Virus record (IMG/VR): IMGVR_UViG_3300034061_002572
Coordinates: 32,001 to 96,000 of that record
Origin: a virus
Length of the DNA stretch: 64,000 nt
Direction: 5' to 3' (one strand)
The stretch's first letter is position 1. Each line of letters opens with the position of its first letter. Positions 11,801 through 21,704 of the stretch are shown piece by piece. Position numbers and translations under genes: made by a program. The notes under the pieces were generated by a model. That model was not told the origin of the DNA. It worked only from the letters and a program-made list of their open reading frames with translations, and made no database searches.

Positions 11801-12078
11801 AGTGCCCATGCTGCAAATACATCTTTTGGTTTAGTATTTGGATTGTTACCTTGCGGCTTTTGATTATTAGCAGATCCTGTATAATTTTTTTTAATAGGAT
11901 ATGTTGGATTACTAAATGGCTCCGGACTAGGTAATATAGGTTGAACAGGTGGAGTTTTAATGACAGGGTCCTTTAAACTATCACCTTCAAAAGGCATAAA
12001 ATTCTTAACAGTTGGAATATCTGCATTACCTCCATAAGATGGACCTAATGGATCTAAGGGATTAAAATCTTCAGCCAT
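5803..12078 (-). CDS. 2091 aa ejection/cargo protein with C-terminal PD-(D/E)xK nuclease-like domain
   Basis: Gly/Ala-rich hydrophobic segments in the N-terminal part, long helical middle, IAGEIDLLLVD...FIVDVKTG...YQQAAY nuclease motifs; adjacent to the RNAP-like gene. Confidence 0.7.
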   Translation of the reverse strand: MAEDFNPLDPLGPSYGGNADIPTVKNFMPFEGDSLKDPVIKTPPVQPILPSPEPFSNPTYPIKKNYTGSANNQKPQGNNPNTKPKDVFAAWALKSASDAGSLVNKNKYGKVYAYNAGPTGQSFFKKYQAVGQEKFDAIGFTPFRDNEAVFNAGTTTLEDSKRMITHSFWPLFSMGLTTSYKSLGKMLQGDFSPDLDESKRYSEAAAIGYSSRGGFGSFINNTAMSFAYTAGIMSSAILEEVAGGMLAPLTGGGSLFAATANNLRKVPLITKGLKGIDLAMDTGKAINKTLHGLNDINKTRNLFKSVGNFLNPLDNLTDAAKAIYKNEDNFTGLARVYNASMKTAGGLYRDIRALNMALSEARLEGGMVENDLYKDLYNDFYRRNGYPPTDKQQERMVDQSKQAGMTALKWNTGIIYASNKIVFPNLINPKGGIKNFLKGATDDVLSFKTGKVVFERAKKSAEEVGKQLMKGEFKYVENSLVNTGKAFLKDPFRKGLPAAFAYFKANITEGLQENAQEVISDATKRYYKDTFYNPAVGTYNYAKGLVESSIGKQFSSQGLETFSSGFLMGMFAAPLNASIKYGSIGMNKIFDKEAYNDYKNAREKVAKQVVETLNAVNPKEFFNSRMFNYGNQFTAAKAKMTQSEKIERDIMDAAFQSQINTVLDTDTMDYFIEHIQSFKQMTPEEFEESFGLEPGTGAERQGEMIDRVVDRAQKMQKRHNQYKDRFPNPINLKNYRKDSPEYKDAEIYHEAWETARKNAVFFNESFEDTASRMKSIIDSVTNIGSLKNVSNSDVNVLFDRSRLANEIGLLKNDIETLKQTGATPDSKNLLEEKKRKLASLEKFSEKFNEYYNFFNKKELIDQIKAINPEISSEDLAAEVEKKYGKMSDEKVIKMMDDLKSEFGNYLNSLTKGPKLFDSDIENAFEKFIDFYDLEKESRSLVDYINLLHNPEGYIEHVNRNAKWMKDLYNNRKEYYKDMVDKAIKAKEGNDLLNHLADRNIYISLDAFNDWMENGKFPEEFYDDSNNTVITSSNPKYQEYIQVFILLSQIQKNKTGFAEEEVDTALQDQLNELDKQKSIDLNNLVKTMQRQDNGIIEPTGKMKYFSMGTILEESLPGEYIEATYEGADEPIVYYNDMGNLKYDNAEGELVEMNDDINFTSAVRYSNVMKADPAEVQMINEKYEKLRAEIIDSYREGLGKETQVEKTEPITITTPIDEIQRRAPELYESLMSAYQSYFESLPKNLTESASEEQKENFFADFMRTSLSAKDLISQYNQNAKIKAATEETGEVEDFTFMINGKKVNTADYKTIPNLRKLISDLELIIDNLNKITTPSLENINSIAEMKAIQNKLELLIKSRSRAGYSTEMKKAIEQIEQLKDMQKNILFDGSYVINGKVMERVTKAIQRVLPKEYSYKYMDKVMKAYDTALANYKKNNPNVTEPNEAFLDEFINELRNKKIKDDGLSENAFKKMKSDMLNFMNRGYISREGLTSPIQNGTVTVDAPMDEMEMVKKWIFNLKDGNVIDGRHITIFGDQVVTDDVLDQPSAVYNKLRQNRDKNYVFNTSEIEDEMDKFNILREEVKPITNENTYDEATEAGNYIDRAIKELFAGKTPVFNPAKITEEAYNQLFGENGYLAKIKEMVDTGQYYVVSEDLRVYDEDAAIAGEIDLLLVDQSGKMFIVDVKTGKESKWAGYNDPTSIHYNKKIENTYQQAAYARLLQNMFPGLDVNVGILPIQITYEDETGMITSVSRPVDKKALKPGETRLLAPGKYIVNLDKNSVKEDIDKLIPLKAPITVGTEMSPAAKAKLSKLGFTSAMIDLMSDEDIETAKAATSKADVKDLITKYELLTQEKQPQDDVVPTPTGEEQVVSSLSFGIPTNINEEGKVTSSITFDNTPELISVDDVVEKLKTINDMQTFLAYQLELNNKALAFEITPTDMEVISDLLSEKKAELTDPTNVKISESSIQAGDKLTVISTIFKARNPNEVFADVGAEIRVSSVENGKVKFKYQGSQRTLDLSEINDYFTTMSIEEYKAQYTTGADPVTKETSVDSSVVTENFLETANLNELDQQGKTTSLEDALAQMEKEREENCES

Positions 12079-15000
12079 TATCTATAATTAATATTTTTAT
12101 ATTGTTGACTCAACATATTTAACTCTTCAATTTTAGAATTAAATACTTCTTGAGCACTTATTTGTCTTTTAGTTACAGGATCTGTATAAGAGTATGGTAC
12201 ATTATAACTAATATTATTATCTGGATTCTTTTTATCCATAAGAGTAAATATTAAGTTATCATTTGCCTTATCATGATTGACTCTTATACTTCCTACACCA
12301 TATGAATCAGAATATTCAATAGGTCTTCCTGCAGCATCTGCATATATAGCATTTGATGCAAATAATGGTATTCTTGCTCCCATAGCTAAACTGTTATTAG
12401 CAAAGGTTCCGGAAGGTGCAATTACTGATATACCATGATTAAGCATAGCATTATAGTCAGCCATTGTTAGTATATTATTACCTTGACCATTTTCATCTGG
12501 CTTATCATTGGTAGACAAGTATTGTTTTAAAAACTCAGCTGTTGGTCTAATGATCATTGCCTCTTTTCCTAAGTCACCACCTGCTATAGATTGATGCTCT
12601 ATATCAAATGGTGCAAGTTTATTCATTTTAGGATTAGACATGGCTCTATACATTTCTCTCATTATGAACTTTGTCTTAGCATTTTCAGAATAGTTGGCAA
12701 ACCACTCTGTATCTGTTCTTTTTTCCAATGATCTATCAATTGCAGATACACTTGTACCACCAAATGTACCCATTGCATTTGTTCCATCTAAATCTAAACT
12801 CTGAACAGTATTTAAAAACTCTAACATAGCTCTAGTTCCTGGAGCTTGCCTATTCATAGGTAAGACCTGTACAACACTTGACTCAGCATATAAACCAGTA
12901 CCCGGATCATGTGATCCTCTAATAGTAGGAATAGGAAGTTTTTGAATATCACTTCCTGTATAAGCTTGATCTACTGCATTTCTAATTTCATTATACTTTG
13001 AACTTGCAACATTATTTCCTTTTTTAACATTTCCATTAAAACTATTAAAGACATAACTATCACCAAGTTGTTTGTATATTTTTGATTTATCACCACTAGG
13101 ATCTACTTCTTGAATAACATAAGCATTATCGGAAAACCATCCTCCGGCATTTGTTTGTTTTACAATATAACTTTTATTTGAACTAATTAAGCTTTTAATT
13201 AAGTCTCTATCATCAGATATATTTTTTCTATTTCCATTTTTATCAATGTAAACAGCATCCATACCTTCATTAGTTCCTAATGCACTATTGATACTTTTTC
13301 TTGCATCATCACCATTTTTATAAAATTTGGCACCAGCACTTCCTAGTTCACCCTTTTCATATAAATATTTACCAATATTATATGCAACATTTTTATAGTT
13401 TTTATCTGTAACATTAATTTGTTTTTTAGAAACAGGATCATATACAGTAGAACCACTTCCTGAAATTAAATCTGTACTACCATACTTTTTAGTAAACAAT
13501 TTTTCAAATTCTTCTTCAGATCTTAGTCTTCCTGTTTTTTCATCAAATGCTAAACTGACATATTTAGGATCAGCTCCCATTCTTAATACTTCTTGTTTAG
13601 CAAGATCACCTGTTCTTTTAATATAGTCAGCATCATTTTTTGCAAAAGTAATTAACTGACCAAAGTTTGAACTAGCTTGATCATATGTAGGTTTTAATCT
13701 TTGTACATTTAATAAATGAGCATGAGCATTAAAGTAACCATCAATTCTATTTTTTACTTGTTGTAGTCTTTCAGGTCTGTTAATTGCATATTTGCTCATG
13801 TCACTCATGAACTGATCCAAAGATTTTACTTTTTCACCTTTCTTTAAAGGTCTATCACCATACTGTAATCTTTTTAAATCTTCTTGACTAAATTGATTAC
13901 TGCTTTCTAGTGCCTTGAAAATATCTCTAGTTGTATTCCAAAATGGATCTGAGTATTCACTTCTAACTTGACCTTCAAAATACTTTTGTAATTTTCTTAC
14001 ACTTGTTTCACCTGTAGCATTTCCACCTTCACCAAATCCAGGTCTTGCAAATAAAGCTAAGTTATTATCAACTAGTTCTGTTTTAACTACTGGTTTGCCT
14101 GTACGTTTGTCAATTATTGGATTACCATTCTCATCTGTTTGTACAACATCTTCAAGTATGCTAGTTCCTGATTCCAGTCTCCATTTTCTATCAATGTTAT
14201 CTGCTTCCCCTTGATTCCTTGCTTTTACAGCAGCTAGAGTTCCTGCATTTCTTAGACGTATTTGGGCCATTTCATTTGCATGTTTCTCTGCAATAACAGC
14301 ATATGGATTTTCTTTTTGAGTAACCTTATAATCTCTATATGCATTTATTTGAGCTGCCTCATTTAAATGTTTTGATAGTTTATTCCAAGTCATTCCGTTG
14401 TCTACTTTCATTCTTAAGGATTTAATATCTCCATAAGGATTTTCAAATCCGGAATCACCTTGACCTGTAAAGTATTCTTCATTCTGATCTCTGAACCTGT
14501 CTAATACTTTATCATTTATTTCTTTGTTTCTTTTTAAATCCTCAAGATATTTTTCGGCACCCTCTCTTGCTGTACCATTCTTTATTTGAGTTTCTATATC
14601 TTTAATTTTTGAATCATATGAATTAGAAACTTGTTGAGTTGATTTATATGATTCTTGTACTTGTTGTTTTAGAACATTGAAGTTATCTTTAAGATATTGC
14701 ATTTCTGCTGCTTCTTTATTTCCATTAAACTGTGCAGCATTCTCTTCTATGTAATCTTTACGTTTTACATAAGCAAGAGTTCTATAAACATCTTGAATAC
14801 CAGGATCATTACCAAGTTCTGATTCAAACAATTTGCTTAATGGCTCCATTATCTGTTCACCATTCTTTGTTTGATACATCCATTTACCGTCTTCAGAAAA
14901 TGAAGGTGTTTCCATAGAAATTCCAGATTCTTTAGCAAGTAACCTAGCTTCTTTAAATACATTTCTAAATGGTGTATAGGCAACATTACCAAATTGCATT

Positions 15001-15479
15001 GATTCTTCATCTGATGAATTCTTAAATTCTTCAGTTAAATAGTCAATAGCTTTTATACCTTCATTAAAGTACATCTCACGTTTCTCCTTATTGGTTTCAT
15101 TCTTCAATGACATGCCATAAGCTCTTTGTGCATTCTTAGTTTTAGTCCAAGCCATGTCTTTCATAAGGACATTGTCCTCATAAAATGGTTTGAATACTTG
15201 CATAGCCTGATCAACATTCTGACTAAGTGATAAGTCTAATCCAGCTACTCTCTGTAGATTAAACTCAATATTCTTCATAAGATCCTCTTTCTTTTTAATG
15301 TTAGGATCTCTAGTTAAATCTGCATAAAAATATTGACCATATACATTATTAAGAGCTTTCCAATTTGTGTCATACTGTGATTGTTTGACTTGTAACAAAT
15401 TAGACTCAAAATTTAAGTCAGGTTGATACGGTTGATACTGAGGTATATATGATGTAACTCCTTGTATATAAGTTGCCAT
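12078..15479 (-). CDS. 1133 aa putative ejection/cargo protein
   Basis: Long ORF between cargo genes; helical/coiled-coil character; crAss-like synteny. Confidence 0.55.
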   Translation of the reverse strand: MATYIQGVTSYIPQYQPYQPDLNFESNLLQVKQSQYDTNWKALNNVYGQYFYADLTRDPNIKKKEDLMKNIEFNLQRVAGLDLSLSQNVDQAMQVFKPFYEDNVLMKDMAWTKTKNAQRAYGMSLKNETNKEKREMYFNEGIKAIDYLTEEFKNSSDEESMQFGNVAYTPFRNVFKEARLLAKESGISMETPSFSEDGKWMYQTKNGEQIMEPLSKLFESELGNDPGIQDVYRTLAYVKRKDYIEENAAQFNGNKEAAEMQYLKDNFNVLKQQVQESYKSTQQVSNSYDSKIKDIETQIKNGTAREGAEKYLEDLKRNKEINDKVLDRFRDQNEEYFTGQGDSGFENPYGDIKSLRMKVDNGMTWNKLSKHLNEAAQINAYRDYKVTQKENPYAVIAEKHANEMAQIRLRNAGTLAAVKARNQGEADNIDRKWRLESGTSILEDVVQTDENGNPIIDKRTGKPVVKTELVDNNLALFARPGFGEGGNATGETSVRKLQKYFEGQVRSEYSDPFWNTTRDIFKALESSNQFSQEDLKRLQYGDRPLKKGEKVKSLDQFMSDMSKYAINRPERLQQVKNRIDGYFNAHAHLLNVQRLKPTYDQASSNFGQLITFAKNDADYIKRTGDLAKQEVLRMGADPKYVSLAFDEKTGRLRSEEEFEKLFTKKYGSTDLISGSGSTVYDPVSKKQINVTDKNYKNVAYNIGKYLYEKGELGSAGAKFYKNGDDARKSINSALGTNEGMDAVYIDKNGNRKNISDDRDLIKSLISSNKSYIVKQTNAGGWFSDNAYVIQEVDPSGDKSKIYKQLGDSYVFNSFNGNVKKGNNVASSKYNEIRNAVDQAYTGSDIQKLPIPTIRGSHDPGTGLYAESSVVQVLPMNRQAPGTRAMLEFLNTVQSLDLDGTNAMGTFGGTSVSAIDRSLEKRTDTEWFANYSENAKTKFIMREMYRAMSNPKMNKLAPFDIEHQSIAGGDLGKEAMIIRPTAEFLKQYLSTNDKPDENGQGNNILTMADYNAMLNHGISVIAPSGTFANNSLAMGARIPLFASNAIYADAAGRPIEYSDSYGVGSIRVNHDKANDNLIFTLMDKKNPDNNISYNVPYSYTDPVTKRQISAQEVFNSKIEELNMLSQQYKNINYR

Positions 15480-15542
15480 AGTATTTTTTTATCTGATATG
15501 TAAAACTATTAAAATTTTTAAAGTTTAATAAACATTAAAAGT

Positions 15543-17864
15543 TTAGAGAATAAAAGGATAAACAATATCTCCATATACGAATCCACCATCATCAAAGTAC
15601 TGACCTCCGACCATATAAACCGGACCACCATAAGCTTGATACATCATATCAGCTGGAGTAAACCCCCTATTACCTGAATCCATTTTGATTGCCGCCATTA
15701 AGGTTTTATCATCAAATCCAGGATAAAGTTGTTTATACTTCATTAGCTTATCTAGAGTACTGGTTGATTGTTCAGGTTTAATCTTTTTCCCTCCTTTAAA
15801 TATTCCAATACCTGTTCTTGGTGCAATAGCAAATTGTTCAGTTTGTTCATTGTATGTATTAGCAGCACCTGTTATACCTTTATTTAACTTCTCTGTTTTT
15901 CTAGCTGCCCAATCATTAAGTTCATTGTTCCAGTTTTGATTTCCTGTACTTAATTCATCTACATATCCTTTTCTTAACTTACCTTGATTTACCATATTTC
16001 TATCAAGAACTCCAAAGTTTGCTTCTCTTTCTGCATTCTCAATACCGGTATTTTCTAAGTTAGTTCTATCAATAATACCTTCTGGATTACTTTGCATCTG
16101 AGTAAGTATAGCTTGTTTAGCTGATGCAGGACCTGCACTTCTTCTTACTTGTTGTGTTCTTCCTGCCTCACTAGCTAACTGAGCTTGTACTTCACCAATC
16201 CAGTTTTTCTTGATATTTTCAAATTCAGGAGCATCAACACTTGGAAGATAAGGGTTTTCTTTGCGGTGTCTTTCATTCATCACAGTATTAAACTCATTGA
16301 TATCTTGCTGTCTCCACTCCGGCCAAAATTCACCTTGAGGTTGTTGCATTCCCATATATTGACCTGAACCACCACCTTCTCCACAGTCTGGTTCAGAACC
16401 ATCTTCCGGACAATCAACTGCAATCTTTTTAGAAGGATCATTAGGATCAGGACAGTAACATTCATCACCAGGAACGGTAGTTGTTGATGTTGCACATGTT
16501 TCAGGAAGACAGTTTCCATTCTCATCTTTATCAGCAAACATACCTTCAATAACATTACCTTGAGCATCTTTACATGGGCAATCTTGTTCTTCCATATAAA
16601 TAGCTTGTTCACTTTCTACAGCACCCTTTTGTTCACATGGTTTAAGTGTAGCTATAGCAGATTTATTTAATCCGGCATAAGCTACTACTTCTTCAGCAGT
16701 TTTACCATAATGCCTAGAACCAGGTGTTTTCATATTTCTACAAAGATCATTTACAAGATTTGGGTTACTTCCTCCACCTGAAGGAGCCCTGCTCCTATCA
16801 TATTCTTTTCTACCTTCTACTTTACCTGTAGTTTTATTATATTTATACTCACCTCTTTCATCTTTTCTTGTTTCCCAAGTACTTTTTCCATATTCATCCT
16901 TGCCTACTTTTTTAGTATCTTTTGGTCTACCTTTAACTTCATCACCTTTATCATATTGTTTTAAACCTCCATATCTCATTTCATATGGATCATTATAAAA
17001 CGGTAAACCATAACCACCCATAGACATTCCATACATAGCCATAGGAGCTTGTTGCATCATCTCTGGAGACATTTCTTCTTTAGGCATTGGTTGAGCAATT
17101 GGTTGACCATCAGGCATTACTGTTGGAGCTGTTCCATCTGGTTGATCTTCTATAGGTTCAGAGTAATCATTAGGCATTTGAGGAATATTGTTTTCTTCAC
17201 TCATTTCCTCTTGCTGCTGTTTGTTTGGATCATTTGGAAGAATGTCTTCATCCGATAATCCAACAGACTGCATGTATGGTTTTGCTACCTCTGGTATTCC
17301 TTGTGGAAATCCTTTCTTTCCTTCTTGAGCTAATGCTAATGCACCAAGTTTAATAACATATTTTTTGATCATCATCTCAGCTGTTCTTCTTGTCATCTCA
17401 TCTGAGTCTGGATCCTCAAGCATAGTTCTATACTTGTTTATGTCATATGGTTTAGCAAGTTCTGCCGGAGTATATGATTTTTTACCACATGGTTTATTGA
17501 ACATCTTTAACATAGTACAGTCACTTATCTTCATAGATTTAGTATCACTGAAGATAAATGTACCATCAGGAAGATTCAAAGGAACTCCTCCTTCATGATG
17601 TCTCTTACCTTTAATAATTTTATGTTCCGGAAACCCATCACCATTAATATCCCCAAATGCTGTCTCTCCTCCTTCAGCTTCTAGATTGGCTTCATCTCTT
17701 GGAACACTTGTTAAGTACTTGCTATCTTGTTTAGGTTTCTTTCCAATGTAAGCATTGTAATCTCTACCACCCATAGCAGGGACGTCATTAACAAGAGAAC
17801 CTTGAACTTGGTATCCAGTTCTTGCCGTTGGCAAATGTGTAATTCTTACTTTAAACTTTTTCAT
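15543..17864 (-). CDS. 773 aa putative capsid cargo protein
   Basis: N-terminal NLEAEGGE...GKRHHEGGV...IFSD domain as seen in crAss-like internal proteins; multiple xxxGG motifs; Cys-rich central insert. Confidence 0.55.
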   Translation of the reverse strand: MKKFKVRITHLPTARTGYQVQGSLVNDVPAMGGRDYNAYIGKKPKQDSKYLTSVPRDEANLEAEGGETAFGDINGDGFPEHKIIKGKRHHEGGVPLNLPDGTFIFSDTKSMKISDCTMLKMFNKPCGKKSYTPAELAKPYDINKYRTMLEDPDSDEMTRRTAEMMIKKYVIKLGALALAQEGKKGFPQGIPEVAKPYMQSVGLSDEDILPNDPNKQQQEEMSEENNIPQMPNDYSEPIEDQPDGTAPTVMPDGQPIAQPMPKEEMSPEMMQQAPMAMYGMSMGGYGLPFYNDPYEMRYGGLKQYDKGDEVKGRPKDTKKVGKDEYGKSTWETRKDERGEYKYNKTTGKVEGRKEYDRSRAPSGGGSNPNLVNDLCRNMKTPGSRHYGKTAEEVVAYAGLNKSAIATLKPCEQKGAVESEQAIYMEEQDCPCKDAQGNVIEGMFADKDENGNCLPETCATSTTTVPGDECYCPDPNDPSKKIAVDCPEDGSEPDCGEGGGSGQYMGMQQPQGEFWPEWRQQDINEFNTVMNERHRKENPYLPSVDAPEFENIKKNWIGEVQAQLASEAGRTQQVRRSAGPASAKQAILTQMQSNPEGIIDRTNLENTGIENAEREANFGVLDRNMVNQGKLRKGYVDELSTGNQNWNNELNDWAARKTEKLNKGITGAANTYNEQTEQFAIAPRTGIGIFKGGKKIKPEQSTSTLDKLMKYKQLYPGFDDKTLMAAIKMDSGNRGFTPADMMYQAYGGPVYMVGGQYFDDGGFVYGDIVYPFIL

Positions 17865-17872
17865 AATTGCTA

Positions 17873-20800
17873 TTATAAAAATTCAACTTTACCACCTGCT
17901 TTTAAGATCTCACGAATTTGATCCATAGTAAGTTGATATTCACCATTTTCTTTTAATCCTGTAGTACCACCTTTTTTAACAACTCCTTCAAAGCCCATTT
18001 TGTTAAATGTTCCTGAATTTTCTTCCCATGGTCCGGTTTCTATTCTTTGTCTAGAAGGTTGATCAGCATATGCTAAATTCTGCATAGCAGGTACATAATT
18101 ATTTCTAAATCCTTGTAGTTGATCCATATTAGTTACAAAAGATCTTGCACCAGCTTTTAAAGTATTTGCTAATCTATCTGGATGAAAAGTCTTAGCTGTT
18201 TGTTTTTTAACTTTAATCTGTTCAGTATCTTTTTCATAACATGGACTTGAAGGATCTTGTTTTTGTTCTTCTGTACAGTTATCTAACATTTTTTGTTTAG
18301 AATCCATAACAGCTGTTCCAACAGGATCTGTTACCCAACTAGGAACTGAATTGCCCATAGGATTTACTTGATTATTAATCTCACCGGCTATTTGAAATTC
18401 TGGTATATAACCACCATCCTCAAATGCAAATGGAGGAATATAACCGCCATAACCAAATTCACCACTTACATTGTACATACCTGAACCCGTATTTCTACCT
18501 GGGTTATACATAGGTTTATTTGCCGGACTATTTGGATTTACTGGTGGTCCTTCTATACCTTCAGAAACATTATACATTCCTGATCCAGTATTTGGTTTTG
18601 GTTTATATGTCTGTTGTTGATTACAATTAGGACCAAAACAACCAGTTTTTATAGCTCCACTGTCCATAGCTTTTTGCATAAGTTCAGGAGTTATAGATGA
18701 CTGGTTATCATTCATCATATCTTCACCTCTACCTAATTGCCTAGCTGTTCTTCTTTCTCCTCTTCTAATTTGTCTTTGTGCTCTATTTGATAATCCTTCT
18801 GTGTTAGAATAAATATTAGATCCTTGAGTTTGAGTAGATGTATTTCCTGTTGGTTGATTAGAACCTAAAGTTTGACCTTGTTTATTTACTAAGTTAGGAT
18901 CTAAAGGATTAGACTGAATATTATCTGGAATACCATTGTTATCCAAATCATTTGATGGCTGTCCTTGACCAAGAGATCCAGGTTTGGCAAAGTCAAAAGT
19001 ATATACTCTATCTTTATTAAATCCTAAATTTCTTTCAAACCAATTACCATCTTGTTTTCTCTCTTTAGAATACTTCATACCTGTAGGAACCATTCCAGAC
19101 TTTTGAATATTTGCTAATGAAGCTGCATAAGCTTGCATAGGATTAACAGCAATATTACCTTGTTTACCACCACCGTATGGTGTAAAGTAATCAAAGTCTT
19201 TAGTCATCATTCCAAATAGATTACCATACTGACCCATTCTACCTGAGTAACCTGGTGCATAACTTGGTCTTCCCCACATAGGTTGCCCAGCTCCAGCACT
19301 ACCAAATGAACCAGGATAATATTGTTGTTCATTATAATACTGTTGCTGACCTTGCTGAGGATTTTGTTTTTTACTATATTCTTCAAACATTTTTTGTACA
19401 TCCTCTCTAGTAAGCCCAGTATTTTGACCTTGTTGTACTTCACTGTCCTTCTCTCCATCAAAATGATATAACCCACCATGTTTGAAATAAGGATCACTAA
19501 CATCTTTAGAATAAGTAAAATCCATGTCAGCATTATCTATATCATCTCCACCATATATGTATTTGTATAGATCTGGATTTATAGCTCCTCCTGTTTGTTT
19601 CTTCTTTTTCTTTTTATTTTTTATTTCCTCTTTTGCTTTATTTAATGCCTTAGTATGTCTATTAGTGATATGATTCTGAAAACCATCAGAAAGTACAGAT
19701 GGTGTTTCACCAATACTACTAAGTCCTAATAAATCTGCTCCATCATCAATTGCATTGTCCATATCTGTTCTAGTTTTGTATGGACTATTTGAATATGGAT
19801 TACTTGACTTAGAACCAGATGCACCAGGTCCTAATTGTTTAGGATTAGATCCGGAACCCAATGATTTAGGTCCACCAGGAAGTTGTCTTTGACTATTAGG
19901 TAAACCTTTAGGGTTATTTCCAAAACCTCTAGAACCTATATTACCTATCATTCTAGTTCCAAATGTCATAGCATCTTTAATACCTGGTACACCTAATACT
20001 ATATCTTGTATTAGTTCATCATCTGCATATGAAGCTTGAGGTTTCATAGAACCATCCGCATTATAAAGATATGGTTGAGACTTGATCATTTGTTGTGTCA
20101 CTTGACTTTGACTTTTTTTCTTCCATTCTTCCATTACCTGTTTAGGAGTTTTTCCTGCCTTATCTCCTAAAGTATACTTACCAGAATTTTTATCAAAGCC
20201 GTACCATTGATCATATTCAGGTCTTCCCCATTTATCTTTTTTAAATTTATTTTTTTTAGCTTTAGCCTCATCCGGATCAAAACCAAACCACTCATCACCT
20301 TCTGATCTTCCCCAAGCATCTTTCTTTTTCTTAGGTTGAATTACATTTTGTCTTTGGTTATTTGAAGTTCCATCACCTGCAGTACCTTGATTTAATTCAG
20401 AGTTTGCTGTACCTGGTGAAGATCCTGCATTTGGATTATTAGCATCGAGTCCTGTATTTTTTGCTGCATCTGCATTAGCTTGTCCTTGAACAGTTTCAGA
20501 ACTAGTTGCAGTTGAATTAGGTGTGTCTTTTGCTACTTTATCTAATGCTTCTTTATTTTCAGTTTTTGCAACTATAGCTGTAGGAGTTTCAGAAGATGAT
20601 TTAACTCTAGTGCCTTTAATTTTATAAGTAGGAGAATACCATCCACCACTATAACTTTGCATCATACCCGGCATTACAGAACCAAAACCAAACATACCTT
20701 GCATCATTTTGGGATCCCAAGATACATTAGCAGATCTTAATCCACCTAGTAAACCAAACTTGTAATCAGCAGAAACTCCCGGAGGTGCAAACGGTACACC

Positions 20801-21646
20801 AAACATAGCTCTATTAGCTCTTCTCAATCTTCTATTAGCTCCACCAAATTGAAACTCTTGATTCATCATTGACTCATACTGTTGTTCTGCAAATTTTTTA
20901 TTTACAGCATTCTGAGCATTTTGTTTTACAGCAGGTACAAATGTTTCTTTACTTGTTAAGTAGTTACCTTTAATGTCATCTGCTGTTCCTCTTAATGATG
21001 CAGTATTTGTATCTTGTTGCTCCATACCTTCTTCAGCTTTAGAAAGTCTGGACATAGTTTCTCTAATAAACTTTCGTTTACCATTAGATCCACCATACTT
21101 CATAACATCTTTAAATGCTTTATACTCATCAGGATCATTCCCTTCTAATGCACTACTTGACATCAACATGTCATTAATCATTTGGTCATCTTCACCATCA
21201 TCACTTGCAGTACTATCATCATAGTATCCATAATCAGTTGTTGATTCTTCTTCATCTGTATCTGTATCAACTTCTGTATTATTATTAGCAGTAACTATAT
21301 CTTCTTCATCCTCATTCTCACCTAGAAAATTTGCTACTGTTTGTAAAGCTTGTTTACCTGCACCATTTATAATGCTTTGTATTGCACTAGGGTCTAGATT
21401 CATTTGTTGCAGTTCTGCAGCTTTCTGAGACATTAATGGTCTTATATCAGCATTCTCTGGATCAGGATCCTTCATTATTGTATTAACAAAGTAACTTGAT
21501 AAATCTGAAACTATTTGAGCTAAGTCTACAGCTGGTGCTTCTTCTTGCATACCACCCGAAACAAATTTTCTCATTGCAACTTGTTCTCTAGTGTAATAAC
21601 CCGGTGTTTCTCCAGGTTGAGCTTTTCTTATTTTATATCTTCCCAT
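17873..21646 (-). CDS. 1257 aa low-complexity putative internal virion protein
   Basis: G/Q/N/P-rich, more than 10 xxxGG motifs, internal duplications, C-terminal LTMDQIREILKAGGKVEFL module. Confidence 0.5.
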   Translation of the reverse strand: MGRYKIRKAQPGETPGYYTREQVAMRKFVSGGMQEEAPAVDLAQIVSDLSSYFVNTIMKDPDPENADIRPLMSQKAAELQQMNLDPSAIQSIINGAGKQALQTVANFLGENEDEEDIVTANNNTEVDTDTDEEESTTDYGYYDDSTASDDGEDDQMINDMLMSSSALEGNDPDEYKAFKDVMKYGGSNGKRKFIRETMSRLSKAEEGMEQQDTNTASLRGTADDIKGNYLTSKETFVPAVKQNAQNAVNKKFAEQQYESMMNQEFQFGGANRRLRRANRAMFGVPFAPPGVSADYKFGLLGGLRSANVSWDPKMMQGMFGFGSVMPGMMQSYSGGWYSPTYKIKGTRVKSSSETPTAIVAKTENKEALDKVAKDTPNSTATSSETVQGQANADAAKNTGLDANNPNAGSSPGTANSELNQGTAGDGTSNNQRQNVIQPKKKKDAWGRSEGDEWFGFDPDEAKAKKNKFKKDKWGRPEYDQWYGFDKNSGKYTLGDKAGKTPKQVMEEWKKKSQSQVTQQMIKSQPYLYNADGSMKPQASYADDELIQDIVLGVPGIKDAMTFGTRMIGNIGSRGFGNNPKGLPNSQRQLPGGPKSLGSGSNPKQLGPGASGSKSSNPYSNSPYKTRTDMDNAIDDGADLLGLSSIGETPSVLSDGFQNHITNRHTKALNKAKEEIKNKKKKKKQTGGAINPDLYKYIYGGDDIDNADMDFTYSKDVSDPYFKHGGLYHFDGEKDSEVQQGQNTGLTREDVQKMFEEYSKKQNPQQGQQQYYNEQQYYPGSFGSAGAGQPMWGRPSYAPGYSGRMGQYGNLFGMMTKDFDYFTPYGGGKQGNIAVNPMQAYAASLANIQKSGMVPTGMKYSKERKQDGNWFERNLGFNKDRVYTFDFAKPGSLGQGQPSNDLDNNGIPDNIQSNPLDPNLVNKQGQTLGSNQPTGNTSTQTQGSNIYSNTEGLSNRAQRQIRRGERRTARQLGRGEDMMNDNQSSITPELMQKAMDSGAIKTGCFGPNCNQQQTYKPKPNTGSGMYNVSEGIEGPPVNPNSPANKPMYNPGRNTGSGMYNVSGEFGYGGYIPPFAFEDGGYIPEFQIAGEINNQVNPMGNSVPSWVTDPVGTAVMDSKQKMLDNCTEEQKQDPSSPCYEKDTEQIKVKKQTAKTFHPDRLANTLKAGARSFVTNMDQLQGFRNNYVPAMQNLAYADQPSRQRIETGPWEENSGTFNKMGFEGVVKKGGTTGLKENGEYQLTMDQIREILKAGGKVEFL

Positions 21647-21704
21647 GATATTGGTTATATAATAAATATACTAAATTTTAAATTAATAACTAAACTTTAT
21701 AAGT

